Shown here: positions 63,798 to 64,000 of the stretch, in pieces
Position numbering within the stretch: position 1 is the first letter of the stretch
Layout of the letters: each line of letters opens with the position of its first letter
From: Okamejei kenojei
Taxonomy: Eukaryota
DNA: 64,000 nt
Direction of reading: 5' to 3'
Assembly (NCBI GenBank): GCA_035221665.1
Contig: CM069131.1
Location: forward strand, 28,396,001-28,460,000
Position numbers and translations under genes: made by a program
The notes under the pieces: model-generated
Told to the model about the DNA's origin: nothing
Seen by the model: only the letters and a program-made list of their open reading frames with translations
The model's database searches: none

Positions 63798-64000
63798 CAG
63801 TGGCTTGCAAAAGTTTTCATACCCCTTGAACTTTTCCACATTTTGTCACGTTACAACCACAAACGTAAACGTATGCGATAGACCAACACAAAGTGGCGCA
63901 TAATTGTGAAGTGGAAGGAAAATGATACATGGTTTACAAATTTTTTTACAAATAAAAAACTGAAAAGTGTGGCGTGCTAAAGTATTCAGCCCCTTTTCTC
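63798..64000. mobile_element. Tc1 TIR (same family as 50796), cut by the window edge
   Basis: TA|CAGTGGCTTGCAAAAGTTTTCATACCCC; inserted in a Penelope-derived repeat. Confidence 0.9.

Noticed and set aside
1-64000. CRISPR arrays, rRNA, true tRNA genes or prokaryotic systems
   Set aside because: None seen; the tRNA-like boxes belong to SINE heads

Overview
Vertebrate, repeat-rich genomic DNA. The repeat families (HE1-like V-SINEs, CR1/HER1-like LINEs with (TTTCTATG)n tails, Rex-Babar, L1, Penelope, Tc1) point to a cartilaginous fish, probably a skate or ray (inference). Bases 1-36.6 kb are a mosaic of near-identical ~9.1-9.3 kb tandem segmental duplicates made of TE relics, with an older paralog at ~41.4-45.1 kb. 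The right part is a CXC chemokine locus. It holds one intact 3-exon CXC gene (38953-39969), a possible decayed relic (~47.5-48.3 kb), and a CXC-like gene (57703-62710) with chemokine exon architecture but no 3rd/4th cysteine. The most striking signal is a family of coding-dead DIRS (tyrosine-recombinase) retrotransposons: two truncated copies and one complete copy with intact ITRs and ICR. All three carry the 5' ~85 nt of U2 snRNA inside the RNase H region, and U2 stems IIa/IIb can still pair in two of them. The window has five N gaps. Family assignments rest on remembered motifs, not database searches.
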